From an uncultured archaeon (GTDB taxonomy: Archaea; Asgardarchaeota; Lokiarchaeia; Sigyniarchaeales; SOKP01): DNA of 64,000 bases. Of the stretch, positions 1 through 10,213 are shown piece by piece; the stretch's first letter is position 1, and the number at the start of each line of letters is the position of its first letter. Position numbers and translations under genes: made by a program. Under the pieces are notes generated by a model that worked only from the letters and a program-made list of their open reading frames with translations, was not told the origin of the DNA and did not search any database. The stretch spans positions 1-64,000 of the forward strand of contig CAZDTP010000001.1 of NCBI GenBank assembly GCA_964508365.1, given 5' to 3'.

Positions 1-1037
1 TGACTGAATTAAAACTTAAGGGGTCACTTGATAATCCTATACGTTCTTTTATTTCATTTCCTCAAATAATGGGACATGAACCTGTCGGTATTATAGAAAG
101 TGTTGGGCTCAAAGTTAAAAAGTTTAAAAAGGGAGATCGTGTGGTAATTAGTCCATGGTTTTCATGCGAACCCCGAGGAATCTTACCGATATGCTCAAGA
201 TGTTCTTTAGGTGATTTTAAACATTGTCAAAATTTCCAGAGGGGAAATATTCCGGTAGGAATGCATTTAGGGGTTACACAAGGATATGGAGGTTTTAGCC
301 CATATTTAACCGTTCACGAATCTCAATGTTTTTTAATACCTGAAAACATATCATTTGAACAAGCAGTTTTAGCAGATCCATTTTCTGTTTCTTTCCATTC
401 CCTATTATTGTTAAATCCTCACCCTACCTCTCAAATCCTTGTTTATGGTTTAGGCATTATAGGTTTGCTAACAATTCTTTGTTTGAAGAATATTTTTAAA
501 GTAAAACATATAATTGGGATCGGACGCTATCAATTTCAGAAAGATTTAGCTCTTAAATTAGGGGCTGACCATGTTTTTTTAAGCTCAGGTGATTTGTTAA
601 TTGAAGAACTAGCTGCATACTACAACTTTGAATTATATACTCCTAATAAGGGTTTAAAATGGATGTTAGATGGTGTAAACGGTATAATTGATACTATCGC
701 TTCAGCAGAAACTTTTGAAATAGGAGAAAGAATTCTTTACACTCAAGGCAAATTAGTGTTTTTGGGTGTAAGTCCTCCAAAAAGGTTTGAAAACTCTCTT
801 CATTATTTTAAAGAACTCGAAGTTATTGGTTCAAATGCATTTGCCATAGAAAATTTCCGTGATAAATCTATGCACGCATTTCAGCTTTATTTAAATTTTT
901 TGTCAGAAGGATTAATAGATCCTCAAATGCTAATTACTCATAAATTTCCACTTGCTCAATATCGAGAAGCATTTGATACTTTAAGTAATAAAGGAGAATC
1001 TCATGCTATAAAGGTAGTCTTTGAATTTGATGCTTAA
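1..1037 (+). CDS. Zn-dependent alcohol dehydrogenase/MDR family oxidoreductase (5'-truncated by window edge)
   Basis: Frame is open from position 3 (TELKLKGSLDNPIRSFISFPQIMGHE), so the track start at 69 is internal. Has GHE catalytic-Zn motif, CSRC...C cluster and GLGIIG Rossmann motif. Confidence 0.9.
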   Translation, partial: TELKLKGSLDNPIRSFISFPQIMGHEPVGIIESVGLKVKKFKKGDRVVISPWFSCEPRGILPICSRCSLGDFKHCQNFQRGNIPVGMHLGVTQGYGGFSPYLTVHESQCFLIPENISFEQAVLADPFSVSFHSLLLLNPHPTSQILVYGLGIIGLLTILCLKNIFKVKHIIGIGRYQFQKDLALKLGADHVFLSSGDLLIEELAAYYNFELYTPNKGLKWMLDGVNGIIDTIASAETFEIGERILYTQGKLVFLGVSPPKRFENSLHYFKELEVIGSNAFAIENFRDKSMHAFQLYLNFLSEGLIDPQMLITHKFPLAQYREAFDTLSNKGESHAIKVVFEFDA

Positions 1038-1058
1038 ATACCTATTAGAGAGTACTGA

Positions 1059-1577
1059 CTATTTATTTTTAGCTTTTTCCGCTAATTCTAATATCTTATT
1101 AGCAAATTTTAGATTGGGAATAATCTCAATAGCTTTCTTTAAGGAAAATATCGATTTGTCATATTGTTTTTTATTAAAATAAGCTGAACCTAAATTAGTC
1201 CACACAACTTCATCTTTGGGGTCAATATTCAGAGAATTTTTACATGCCTCTATAGATTTATCAAACTCACCTGTATCTAAATATATTGAACTTAGCTCTC
1301 GCCAAGAAATTACTAATTTTGGATTAATTTCTAAAGCTTTATTAAGTGCAGATATTGCTTTCTCATAATCTTCAATTTCATAATAAATATATCCCAAATT
1401 ATGCCAGTTGATTGCACTTTTAGGATCTAGTTTTAAACCCTCTAAATAAGCTTTTATTGCATTACTAAATTCCTTGTTTTGAAAGTATGCATATCCTAAC
1501 TTGATCCAAATATCAGCATTAGCATTGTTTTTTTTTAAGATTGTTTTTAAGGCTTCGATTTCCGTTGTCATTGTCAA
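1059..1577 (-). CDS. TPR-repeat protein (likely ATG start at 1571)
   Basis: Four ~34-aa repeats of W..LG..Y......A......AL.I.P type. Confidence 0.9.
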   Translation of the reverse strand: MTMTTEIEALKTILKKNNANADIWIKLGYAYFQNKEFSNAIKAYLEGLKLDPKSAINWHNLGYIYYEIEDYEKAISALNKALEINPKLVISWRELSSIYLDTGEFDKSIEACKNSLNIDPKDEVVWTNLGSAYFNKKQYDKSIFSLKKAIEIIPNLKFANKILELAEKAKNK

Positions 1578-1607
1578 ATAATAATTAATATTTAGTTTCG
1601 TTAGATT

Positions 1608-2825
1608 CTAAATGGCACCCCTTTTTTTGAAACTTTTAATTTCTTCAGGTGTATAATTAAGCCATCGAAGAATTTCCTTTGTGTTTTGACCTATGTTTGG
1701 TGCAAGATTTCTTATGGATAAGGGCGTCCTCGAATATTTTATAGGAGAATTTATATTATGAATTTTTCCAAATTTTGAGTGGGTGAGTTCAACAACCATA
1801 TTTCTGGCTTTAATTTGCGGATCATCACAAGCTTCACTGAAATTTTTTACTGGCATAACGCACGAGTCAATTTTCGAAAAAATTTCCATCCACTCTTCTT
1901 GCGTTTTCTTTAAAAATTCTTTTTGAACTTCTCGGAATACTTCTTCTTTTTCTCCTCCAGTAGAATTCCCTTTCGTTATTAAATCCTCTCGTCCAAGACC
2001 TATACAAACTCCACGCCAGAACTTTACTTCAATCGCACCAACAGATAAGTATTTGTTGTCTTTAGTTTTATAAATTGAATAGAAGGGGACTTCTCCGTGC
2101 AAAGGATTTCTTGGTTTAGTCATACCATCATTTAATCCTTTAGAAAACTGAAAAGCTGCTGCCATTGGCATAAAAGAAAAAACGCAATCTGTCATAGAGA
2201 TATCTATATACTGACCTTCTTTGTTAGGATTTTTATCTCTTTCAAATAAAGCACCCAAAATCCCAATAGTTGATACTAAACCTCCACCTATATCTGCAGC
2301 TTGTACTCCTGGAAGAACTGGCTTTCTTTCTTGTTTTTTTTCTCCAATAAATTCTCTTTCTTTATTTAAGTCTAATATTCCACAAATACCAATATAGTTT
2401 AAATCATGTCCCGCATATTGTTCGTAAGGGCCGTATTGACCATATCCAGTTAGTGAACAATAAATTATCGATTTATTAATTTTAAAAAGAGTTTCGTAAT
2501 CCACTTTTAATTTCTCTGTTACTTTTGGCCTAAATGTTTCCAGAATAATATCTGCTTTTTCAACTAATTTGTAAAATATTTCTAAGGCTTCTTCATTCTT
2601 CAAATTGAGAGTAATGGATTTTTTATTTCTCATTATTACTGAATTAAATGCGCTTTCACGATACCTACCTTTTTGAAAAAACGGAGGTGGACTTCCGTAT
2701 GGATACTTTGGGTCTTCTACCCTAATGACTTCAGCACCAAGATCTGCTAAGATCATTGAAGCGTATGGACCGGGTAACATTCTAGCTAAATCTAAAACAA
2801 CGATTCCTTCTAAAGGTAAACTCAT
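1608..2825 (-). CDS. CoA-transferase family III (CaiB/BaiF)
   Basis: PLEGIVVLDLARMLPGP, LADLGAEVIRVE, RNKKSITLNLK, GHDLNY motifs. Confidence 0.93.
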   Translation of the reverse strand: MSLPLEGIVVLDLARMLPGPYASMILADLGAEVIRVEDPKYPYGSPPPFFQKGRYRESAFNSVIMRNKKSITLNLKNEEALEIFYKLVEKADIILETFRPKVTEKLKVDYETLFKINKSIIYCSLTGYGQYGPYEQYAGHDLNYIGICGILDLNKEREFIGEKKQERKPVLPGVQAADIGGGLVSTIGILGALFERDKNPNKEGQYIDISMTDCVFSFMPMAAAFQFSKGLNDGMTKPRNPLHGEVPFYSIYKTKDNKYLSVGAIEVKFWRGVCIGLGREDLITKGNSTGGEKEEVFREVQKEFLKKTQEEWMEIFSKIDSCVMPVKNFSEACDDPQIKARNMVVELTHSKFGKIHNINSPIKYSRTPLSIRNLAPNIGQNTKEILRWLNYTPEEIKSFKKRGAI

Positions 2826-2885
2826 AATATAGATTAAGCCTTACTATTATAAAAAAATTAAGAAAACTGAGAAATTATTACGAGA

Positions 2886-3407
2886 TTACAGTTCGATGAT
2901 CTCTGCTTCCAAAGTTTCAGTGTCAATGATGGCAAATGTAGGTTTATCAGTCAGATATCCGCAAAGTTCACCGGGATTAAGTATTAAAACACCTTTATGT
3001 TTCCTATTAACCATTAAATGCGTATGGCCTGAAAGTATAATGTCAAACATGCCCGAATTCGCTACGGCATCAATAGTTTCTTTTTTTGGCATATGGGAAA
3101 CAAAAATTCGCTTTCCACCTAACTCCATTATGTGTTCATTACCGTTTTGAGGAAAAACACAACTTTGCCCCAGAGTTTGTTTTAAATACAATCGGTCTCC
3201 ATCATTGTTTCCAAAAACACCAAAAAATTGATTCTTTATTGAATTGTTTAGCTTATCAAACCATTTTTTGACAAATGGAGCAACAAAATCCCCGCAATGT
3301 ATAAGTGCTTCAACCTTCTTTTCATTTATTATAGAAACAGCTTTTAAAATATTATCACGATGATCGTGGGAATCGGACATAACTGCAATTAGCAACTTAA
3401 AATTCAC
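2886..3407 (-). CDS. Metallophosphoesterase, YfcE/MJ0936 family
   Basis: SDSHD, HCGD, GNND, SGHTH, NPG motifs. Confidence 0.9.
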   Translation of the reverse strand: MNFKLLIAVMSDSHDHRDNILKAVSIINEKKVEALIHCGDFVAPFVKKWFDKLNNSIKNQFFGVFGNNDGDRLYLKQTLGQSCVFPQNGNEHIMELGGKRIFVSHMPKKETIDAVANSGMFDIILSGHTHLMVNRKHKGVLILNPGELCGYLTDKPTFAIIDTETLEAEIIEL

Positions 3408-3538
3408 ATTTTTATATTTTTTTTCAGAATTAATTAATAACGTAAAAACAATAATAAAAATCTTTTTTTCACAAATAAATATATTTTAATTCAAATATTA
3501 TTAATACGAATTAAGATATACAGAAAAGCTGATCAAAA

Positions 3539-4612
3539 ATGATAGAAGAATTCCTTAAAGTTGAGAAAGAAGCTATAGATGGAGAACTAAAAGATTATTT
3601 CGCTTATTTAAATGAAAATGAAAAGGAGATTTTACTGAAGGATTTTTTTGCTCAGCTTCAGGAGTTTATTCTTAACAAAAATGCTAAGAGATTACATCCT
3701 ATTCTTTTAATTGCTGCCTTCATTGGAATTGTAAATCCTATTAATTTAAATCATCAAATGGATCAAATTCGAAAGGTATCTTTAGCGGTTGAGTTTTTGC
3801 ATAGTGGCCACTTGATTCAAGACGATCTTATTGATGATGATGCTGAAAGAAGAAGTAAACCAACATTTCATGTCCAACTTAAAAATGAATTAAACAAGGT
3901 TTATGATAAAATAGAAATACACAATAGGAATGAAATAATCCAAATGTATGGACGAGATATGAGTATTTTAGGTGGAACACAGGGTTACCTTCTAGGTTTA
4001 AAAGTTATTAAAAGCTCAAAATTTTCTGAAAATTTAAAGCTATTAGCTTTAAACGAGTATATATCAGCAATGGATAATTTAATGAAAGGACAGATAATAG
4101 AAGAATACATGAATTACCATAACATAACAATGTCCTTGGAGCAATATCTAATAATAGCAGAAATGCAAAGGGCAAGTTTGTTGGAAAAATCCACAAAAAT
4201 AGGAGCAATTTTAGCTAAAGGGAATAATCATTATCAAATAAATCCACTAAGCAAAGCTATGAATCTGATGGGTCAGGCATTTGCGATTCGAGATGACATA
4301 ATTGATTTAATCAGCGATATTAAAGCAAGAAAGAAAAAAATAATATACATTTTTGCCGTTCAAAATACTGATGAGGAACAATCCAAAACTCTGAATGAAA
4401 TCTATCATTTAGATGAATTAAGAAAAGATGATGTAAGAACTGTAGAGGATATTTTTACAGAAACAAACGCAGTGATCATAGCAGAACACTTTTCTAAGAA
4501 TTTAATAAGTCAAGCTAAGGCAGCTCTTAAGAATATTTATCCCGATCTGAATAAAAATCAGAAAACATTCTTCAATGAATTTTCCGATTATCTGTATATG
4601 AGAAGTTTTTGA
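3539..4612 (+). CDS. Polyprenyl diphosphate synthase (trans-isoprenyl diphosphate synthase)
   Basis: KRLHP, first Asp-rich motif DDLIDDD followed by RR, GQ motif, second motif QAFAIRDDIID. Confidence 0.88.
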   Translation: MIEEFLKVEKEAIDGELKDYFAYLNENEKEILLKDFFAQLQEFILNKNAKRLHPILLIAAFIGIVNPINLNHQMDQIRKVSLAVEFLHSGHLIQDDLIDDDAERRSKPTFHVQLKNELNKVYDKIEIHNRNEIIQMYGRDMSILGGTQGYLLGLKVIKSSKFSENLKLLALNEYISAMDNLMKGQIIEEYMNYHNITMSLEQYLIIAEMQRASLLEKSTKIGAILAKGNNHYQINPLSKAMNLMGQAFAIRDDIIDLISDIKARKKKIIYIFAVQNTDEEQSKTLNEIYHLDELRKDDVRTVEDIFTETNAVIIAEHFSKNLISQAKAALKNIYPDLNKNQKTFFNEFSDYLYMRSF

Positions 4613-4631
4613 AATAACTAATAGATTTCCC

Positions 4632-5237
4632 TCAAACTACAACATAGCGAGTATTTTGATGTTTCAGCATCAAATTATTTAACTCTTTAAATACAGTCAC
4701 TACATTTTGGTTCTGTAAGGCTGATGTTTTTAGAAACCCATCCATATTCTTTTCTTTGATAACATTAAGTATTTCTTCTTCTGGAACAAGGTTCTCTATG
4801 GCGGAAGATGATATTAAATCGCTTTTACTTCCAACTAATAATTTTGGAAGATTAAAGCCATTAGCATGTTCTAATACCTGCTCATACCAGAAGTTTAACT
4901 GTTCAAATGAGCTGTTATTAGTTAGATCAAAAACTAATAAAATTCCATTTGCTCCACCAAGAAATTTTGGAAGTAGCGCTTTAAATCGTTCTTGACCACC
5001 AAAATCAAATATGCTTAATACATTATAAGTTTCTCTAGGATTGTCCGTTTCATCTATATTGCGAATTTTTAAGTCTAGTGAGTGAAAATTTATTCCAATT
5101 GTAAGAGAAGTATCAAAATTAAAGGAATTAAAACAAAAGCGGTTAAAAAGACAAGTTTTACCTGCACTCGGAGGACCAACTATAACAATTTTAAATGTAA
5201 ATAGTATGTTTTTTCCTTGAGTATGAGGTCCTATCAC
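4632..5237 (-). CDS. Rab-like small GTPase (Ras superfamily)
   Basis: G1 GPPSAGKT, G2 TIG, G3 DFGGQ, G4 SKSD, G5 TSAL; Rab-type IGINF, RFKAL and LVFDLT segments. Confidence 0.92.
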   Translation of the reverse strand: MIGPHTQGKNILFTFKIVIVGPPSAGKTCLFNRFCFNSFNFDTSLTIGINFHSLDLKIRNIDETDNPRETYNVLSIFDFGGQERFKALLPKFLGGANGILLVFDLTNNSSFEQLNFWYEQVLEHANGFNLPKLLVGSKSDLISSSAIENLVPEEEILNVIKEKNMDGFLKTSALQNQNVVTVFKELNNLMLKHQNTRYVVV

Positions 5238-5429
5238 TATAAATACCGATTTTTATTACAAAATAACTATATTAAAACTTATAAAATTAGAATTAATTAT
5301 AAAAAAAAAATTTTATCAATTTAGCATTAAATTATAATGCTTAAATCTTTATTCTTAAAATGCTTAGAATAACTCAAACCTATTTAAAATAACAACATAT
5401 ATTTATATAACGAAAATTTAAGAATTATC

Positions 5430-6338
5430 ATGGTTTTTAAAGCCCCTCCAAGCCAGATAGTAATTAGACCCCCTGTAGAAGCATATAGCGTACTCATTGC
5501 TGTCACTGGAGGTTGTAATTGGAATCGCTGTCGCTTCTGTGGAACATATAAAGGAATTTATGGTACTACTCAAGATTATGCAATACGCCCATTAGAAGAT
5601 GTATTAAAGGATATAGATCTCTATGCTGAAAAAAATTATCACGGATATCCCGTTTTTTTAGCCGGTGGTAATCCTACTTCGGCACCTACAGAGTATCTCG
5701 TAAAAATAATTGAATATGTTAGACTAAGAATGAACAATGTCCCAAGAGTAAGTTGTTATGCAAAATCATTAGATATTTTGAGAAAGACTAATGAAGAATT
5801 AAAACAATTAGACGAAGCTGGATTAGACATCGTTTATATGGGATTAGAAAGTGGAAGTAGTAAGATTTTAAGAATTATGAAGAAAGGAACAAATGCGGAA
5901 TCGATGATTAAAGCTGGAAAGAAGTTACTTAAATCGGGTATAAAGCTAAGCTTGTATGTTATGTTAGGTTTAGGAGGATTAAAATTATCAGAAGACCATG
6001 TTAAAGGAACCGCAAGAGTGCTTACAGAGATAAACCCGACGATCTTCCGTTTTAGAACTTTAAATATATTACCTAACACTCCGCTTTGGGAGGATTGGAA
6101 GAATGGAGATTTTGAATTATTATCCCCTATAGAATGCTTAATAGAGGAAAGAGATATTATAAAAAACTTGGGGGAAAATGTATCTTCTCAAGTCTTTAAC
6201 GATCACATTAGTAACTACTGTAGTTTAGAATCTTCAAATATTAAAATCGATCGAGCCGCGTTTATAAATACATTAAATTCTTATATAAACGACCCTAAAA
6301 TAAAAAACTTGCCTCGGAAAAATTTAACCCGTATGTAA
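5430..6338 (+). CDS. Radical SAM protein
   Basis: CxxxCxxC motif (CNWNRCRFC), GG motif, YMGLESGS. Confidence 0.9.
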   Translation: MVFKAPPSQIVIRPPVEAYSVLIAVTGGCNWNRCRFCGTYKGIYGTTQDYAIRPLEDVLKDIDLYAEKNYHGYPVFLAGGNPTSAPTEYLVKIIEYVRLRMNNVPRVSCYAKSLDILRKTNEELKQLDEAGLDIVYMGLESGSSKILRIMKKGTNAESMIKAGKKLLKSGIKLSLYVMLGLGGLKLSEDHVKGTARVLTEINPTIFRFRTLNILPNTPLWEDWKNGDFELLSPIECLIEERDIIKNLGENVSSQVFNDHISNYCSLESSNIKIDRAAFINTLNSYINDPKIKNLPRKNLTRM

Positions 6339-6527
6339 TGAATTATACTCATTTTTAATATCCTCTAATTAGCAACTTTTTTTTAAAAGAGATACTATAT
6401 ATTTCGTTCCAACTAAATACCTAAAATTTTAAAATTAAAACTAACTTAATAACTAATATTTACAATTTAAAGTAAAAAATATAGTACATCTACTATACTA
6501 ATAAAACACCTTTAAACATCCAAGAAA

Positions 6528-7997
6528 ATGACAGATTATTACAGAAGTAAAGTTCACTATAACGATTTAATTGCTACATTTGACGATGTCCTCATTCAAC
6601 CAGGATTTACCAATTTTGAACCAACCGATGTTGATATGTCTTCCCATTTAGGTCCATATAAATTCCATTTACCTATTATGTCAGCTGCAATGGATACTGT
6701 AACTGAAGAATTAATGGCGATAAAAATGGCTCTTTTGGGAGGTTTGGGAGTTTTACACCGTAATTGTTCTTATGAACGGCAATTAGAGATGGTACGGATC
6801 GTGAAAAGAGCAAGATCCTTCGTAATCGATGATGTGGCTACAATTTTACCAGATGAACCCGTTGTTAAAGCAAAATACATGATGGAAAACTATAATATTA
6901 GTGGAATTGTCGTAGTTAACGAGGAGAATAAGGTATGCGGGATTTTCACAAAAAGAGATATCCCCTTCTCTAAAGATGATATCAATAATGGTAAAGTTAA
7001 GAATTTCATGACTAAGGAAGTAATTTCTATCGAACCTGGAGCATCTAGAGAAAAAGCGCTTGAAATCCTTTTTGGTTCGAGAAAGGAGAAACTACCTATA
7101 ATTGACAAAACTGGCTACTTGAAGGGATTAATTACTAAGAAGGATTTAGCACCAGAGTTTCCTTTAGCTTCAATGGATAGTGAAGGACACTTGATATGCG
7201 CTTTAGCCCTATCTCCTAAATTTCCAGAATCAACTCAGGCTCAAGAGTTTTTAAAAGAAATTGAAACTTATGTAGACATCTTTTTTATAGATGTAGCAGA
7301 TTTCTATAAAACATCAGACATTAAGGGAACTAAAAAGCTCATGGATTTTTTAGATTCTGACTTTGTATTAGGGAATATTGGAACTTACGAAGCGGCTGAA
7401 CACCTAATTACGAAAGGTGATTTTGACGAGGATAAATTTATTGGGATAAAGGTAGGGATGGGCTCTGGTTCAATCTGCACAACTTCAATTCAAACCGGCG
7501 TTGGGGCGCCTACCCTTTTTGCTACCGCTCAGGTTGCTGATGCTCTAGTGGATTACAACACAAAAATTAGTTTAGTTGCAGACGGTGGTTTTAAAAATCC
7601 TGGAGATTTACCTAAAGCTTTTACTGCTGGTGCTGACCTAATCATGTCGGGACACTTTTTCGCGGGTTCAACAGAAAGTCCTGGATATGTTGATACCATA
7701 CAAGGGAGAAAAGTTAAAATTTATCGAGGTATGGGATCTTCGCAAGCGAGAAAAGCGGGTTATGTTTCAGATCGATACACGGAAGGCTCAAAAATGCTTC
7801 CAGAGGGAGTAAGCGATTATGTTCCATTTGTTGGAGGTATGGATGGCGTCTTGTTCTCACTAAAAGAAGGCATCTTAAATGGTATGATATATGCTGGAGC
7901 CAAAAGTATAAATGATATGAAAAAAGCAAAAATTGGAATAGTCTCATTTTCGGGGCAGAAAGAATCAAGACCTCACGACTTACTAAGCCGGTATTAA
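6528..7997 (+). CDS. guaB: IMP dehydrogenase with CBS pair
   Basis: TFDDVL, SAAMDTVT, GGLGVLH, catalytic GSGSICTT, YRGMGS, PEG motifs; two CBS domains. Confidence 0.95.
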   Translation: MTDYYRSKVHYNDLIATFDDVLIQPGFTNFEPTDVDMSSHLGPYKFHLPIMSAAMDTVTEELMAIKMALLGGLGVLHRNCSYERQLEMVRIVKRARSFVIDDVATILPDEPVVKAKYMMENYNISGIVVVNEENKVCGIFTKRDIPFSKDDINNGKVKNFMTKEVISIEPGASREKALEILFGSRKEKLPIIDKTGYLKGLITKKDLAPEFPLASMDSEGHLICALALSPKFPESTQAQEFLKEIETYVDIFFIDVADFYKTSDIKGTKKLMDFLDSDFVLGNIGTYEAAEHLITKGDFDEDKFIGIKVGMGSGSICTTSIQTGVGAPTLFATAQVADALVDYNTKISLVADGGFKNPGDLPKAFTAGADLIMSGHFFAGSTESPGYVDTIQGRKVKIYRGMGSSQARKAGYVSDRYTEGSKMLPEGVSDYVPFVGGMDGVLFSLKEGILNGMIYAGAKSINDMKKAKIGIVSFSGQKESRPHDLLSRY

Positions 7998-8144
7998 CTA
8001 TCCTTGATAGGTGTATATCATCAATTTCATAGTACTATCGTATCTTTTATTAAATACCTATTAATTAACTTAAAACAGAATTTCACCTTAATTTGATACA
8101 TCTTTGGTTGGATTTACCAATCTAATTAAATTAAATGATTAAAA

Positions 8145-9743
8145 ATGAAGAAAATTGAACGAGCTATCGTAAGTGTTTTTGATAAAGAGAATATTGTTGA
8201 TTTTGTGAGATCATTAGCAAAGTTCGGCATTAAGATACTTTCCACAGGAGGAACTGGAAAACTTTTAAAAGAAAATAATATTGAGTTTGAAAGTATCTCA
8301 GATTACACTGCCTCTCCAGAGATGTTTGACGGAAGAGTAAAAACTCTCCATCCGAAAATTGAGGGGGGTATATTATTTCGACGGAATCTTAAAAAAGATG
8401 TTGAGGATGCTATAAAATACAACATTCCTCCTATTGATATGGTAGTATGTAATTTATATCAATTCAAGGAGGCTATTGCAAAGCCAGATATCACTTTAAC
8501 AGAAGCCTTAGAAATGATAGATATCGGGGGTCCAACAATGATAAGAGCTGCTGCGAAAAATTTTCCGGATGTAGTAGTGGTCGCAAATTCTAAGTATTAC
8601 GATAAAATTCTTACTGAATTAAAGGAAGTCGGGGGAATTAGCGATAAAACTAGGGCAACTTTAGCTCAAGAAGTGTTTGCTATAATGGCCGACTATAATG
8701 CAGCAATTTCTAATTACTTGCAAAGTTATTACAACCCCAACCAAGTTATGAAACCCTATATCTTCAATGCATATCAGAAAATACAAGATTGTCGTTATGG
8801 AGAAAATTGGGATCAAGCTGCAGCATATTACAGAAACCTCTCATGTAATTACGGTCTTCATAACTTAATTCAGCTTGGAGGAAAGGAGATATCCTTTAAC
8901 AATTACTTAGATATTGATGCTTGTATTCAAATGCTACTGGATTTTGATAAACATCAACATGTAACTGCGATTTTAAAGCATACTAGCCCTAACGGGATTG
9001 CGATCGATAAATTGGATCAATTAATGTCTATTAAAATGGCGTTTAAGACAGATCCTCTTTCAGCCTTCGGAGGGATATGGGGTGTAAACACAGAGTTAAC
9101 CACAGATTCGGCTGACTTCATAGTGAATAAAGAAAATATTTTCGTTGAAGTTTTAATGGCTCCTTCTTTTGAAACTGAAGCATTAGAGATATTGAAGCAA
9201 AAACAAAACATGAGAATATTAGAATATGGTGACTTACTAAAAAAACGAGATTTAATCTACGAAAATTATGAAATTAGGGGAGTATTGGGTGGTATATTAG
9301 TTCAAGAATATGATTTTAAGCCCGTTATTAAGGAATGGAATGTTGTGAGTAAAAAGCAAGTAACTGAGAGAGAAAAGGAAGCTTTAATCTTTGCTTATAA
9401 GGTTTCTAAGTGGACAAAATCTAATTCCGCTTGTTTTGCTCAAATGTACGATAATGGAGTCTACACTATCGGAATAGGTGCTGGTCAGCAAAGTCGAGTT
9501 CATGTAGTAAAGTTAGCAGCACAAAAAGCAAAAGAATTCGGCCATGAAGAGGAATTGAAGAATTCTGTGATGGGAACAGATTCATTCTTCCCTTTTCCTG
9601 ATGGTTTAGAAGCTGCAGTAAATGTAGGTGCTAATTCTATAATTAATCCAGGAGGATCTATGAGGGATGAGATGATTATAAAGCGAGCTGACGAATTAAA
9701 CTGTGCATTAGTTTTTTGCGGTAAGAGAGTTTTCCGTCATTAG
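8145..9743 (+). CDS. purH: Bifunctional AICAR transformylase/IMP cyclohydrolase
   Basis: RAIVSVFDK, STGGT, GRVKTLHP, IDIGGPTMIRAAAKN, YGEN, KH, FGG, DSFFPFPDG motifs. Confidence 0.96.
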   Translation: MKKIERAIVSVFDKENIVDFVRSLAKFGIKILSTGGTGKLLKENNIEFESISDYTASPEMFDGRVKTLHPKIEGGILFRRNLKKDVEDAIKYNIPPIDMVVCNLYQFKEAIAKPDITLTEALEMIDIGGPTMIRAAAKNFPDVVVVANSKYYDKILTELKEVGGISDKTRATLAQEVFAIMADYNAAISNYLQSYYNPNQVMKPYIFNAYQKIQDCRYGENWDQAAAYYRNLSCNYGLHNLIQLGGKEISFNNYLDIDACIQMLLDFDKHQHVTAILKHTSPNGIAIDKLDQLMSIKMAFKTDPLSAFGGIWGVNTELTTDSADFIVNKENIFVEVLMAPSFETEALEILKQKQNMRILEYGDLLKKRDLIYENYEIRGVLGGILVQEYDFKPVIKEWNVVSKKQVTEREKEALIFAYKVSKWTKSNSACFAQMYDNGVYTIGIGAGQQSRVHVVKLAAQKAKEFGHEEELKNSVMGTDSFFPFPDGLEAAVNVGANSIINPGGSMRDEMIIKRADELNCALVFCGKRVFRH

Positions 9744-9906
9744 AAAAATTATCTTATTTTATATAGATATCCTGATTTATTTTAATGTTTTAATACGCGA
9801 ACCTATCTGAGCGTTTTTGTATCAGTAGAAAAAAACTTTTTAAATCCGTATGAATAAATTAATACACTAATTTAGTGAAATACTGTTTTTAGCGAGCAAG
9901 GATTCT

Positions 9907-10191
9907 ATGGATTTTTTTTCGAGAAACTTACGGGAAACTCTAGAAGCAATAAATAAACTAATAGATAATAATGTCAATTTAGTTACTACTAAAAGTATTA
10001 GAAGATGCAACCATATTAAAGCCTCAAACCGCTCAAAGATTAATTTTATTTGGAGATCTCTTAATTTTTTAGAAAAAGAAGGAATCTTAGAGATGAACGG
10101 TCAGTATTCTCCTAAAACTTATAAAATTAAATCAAACCAGAAAATAGATATTGAAGATATAATCTCTCAAATTGAAGATAGTAGGAAGTAG
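9907..10191 (+). CDS. Small winged-helix-like hypothetical protein
   Basis: 94 aa; helix followed by LNFLEKEGIL....YKI wing-like pattern. Confidence 0.6.
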   Translation: MDFFSRNLRETLEAINKLIDNNVNLVTTKSIRRCNHIKASNRSKINFIWRSLNFLEKEGILEMNGQYSPKTYKIKSNQKIDIEDIISQIEDSRK

Positions 10192-10213
10192 TTTTCTAAA
10201 TCTTATTTCAATG

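Noticed and set aside
2886-3407. Possible Vps29 (retromer) homolog
   Set aside because: It retains the full metal-binding motif set of the widespread YfcE/MJ0936 phosphoesterases, and nothing Vps29-specific or retromer-linked is visible.
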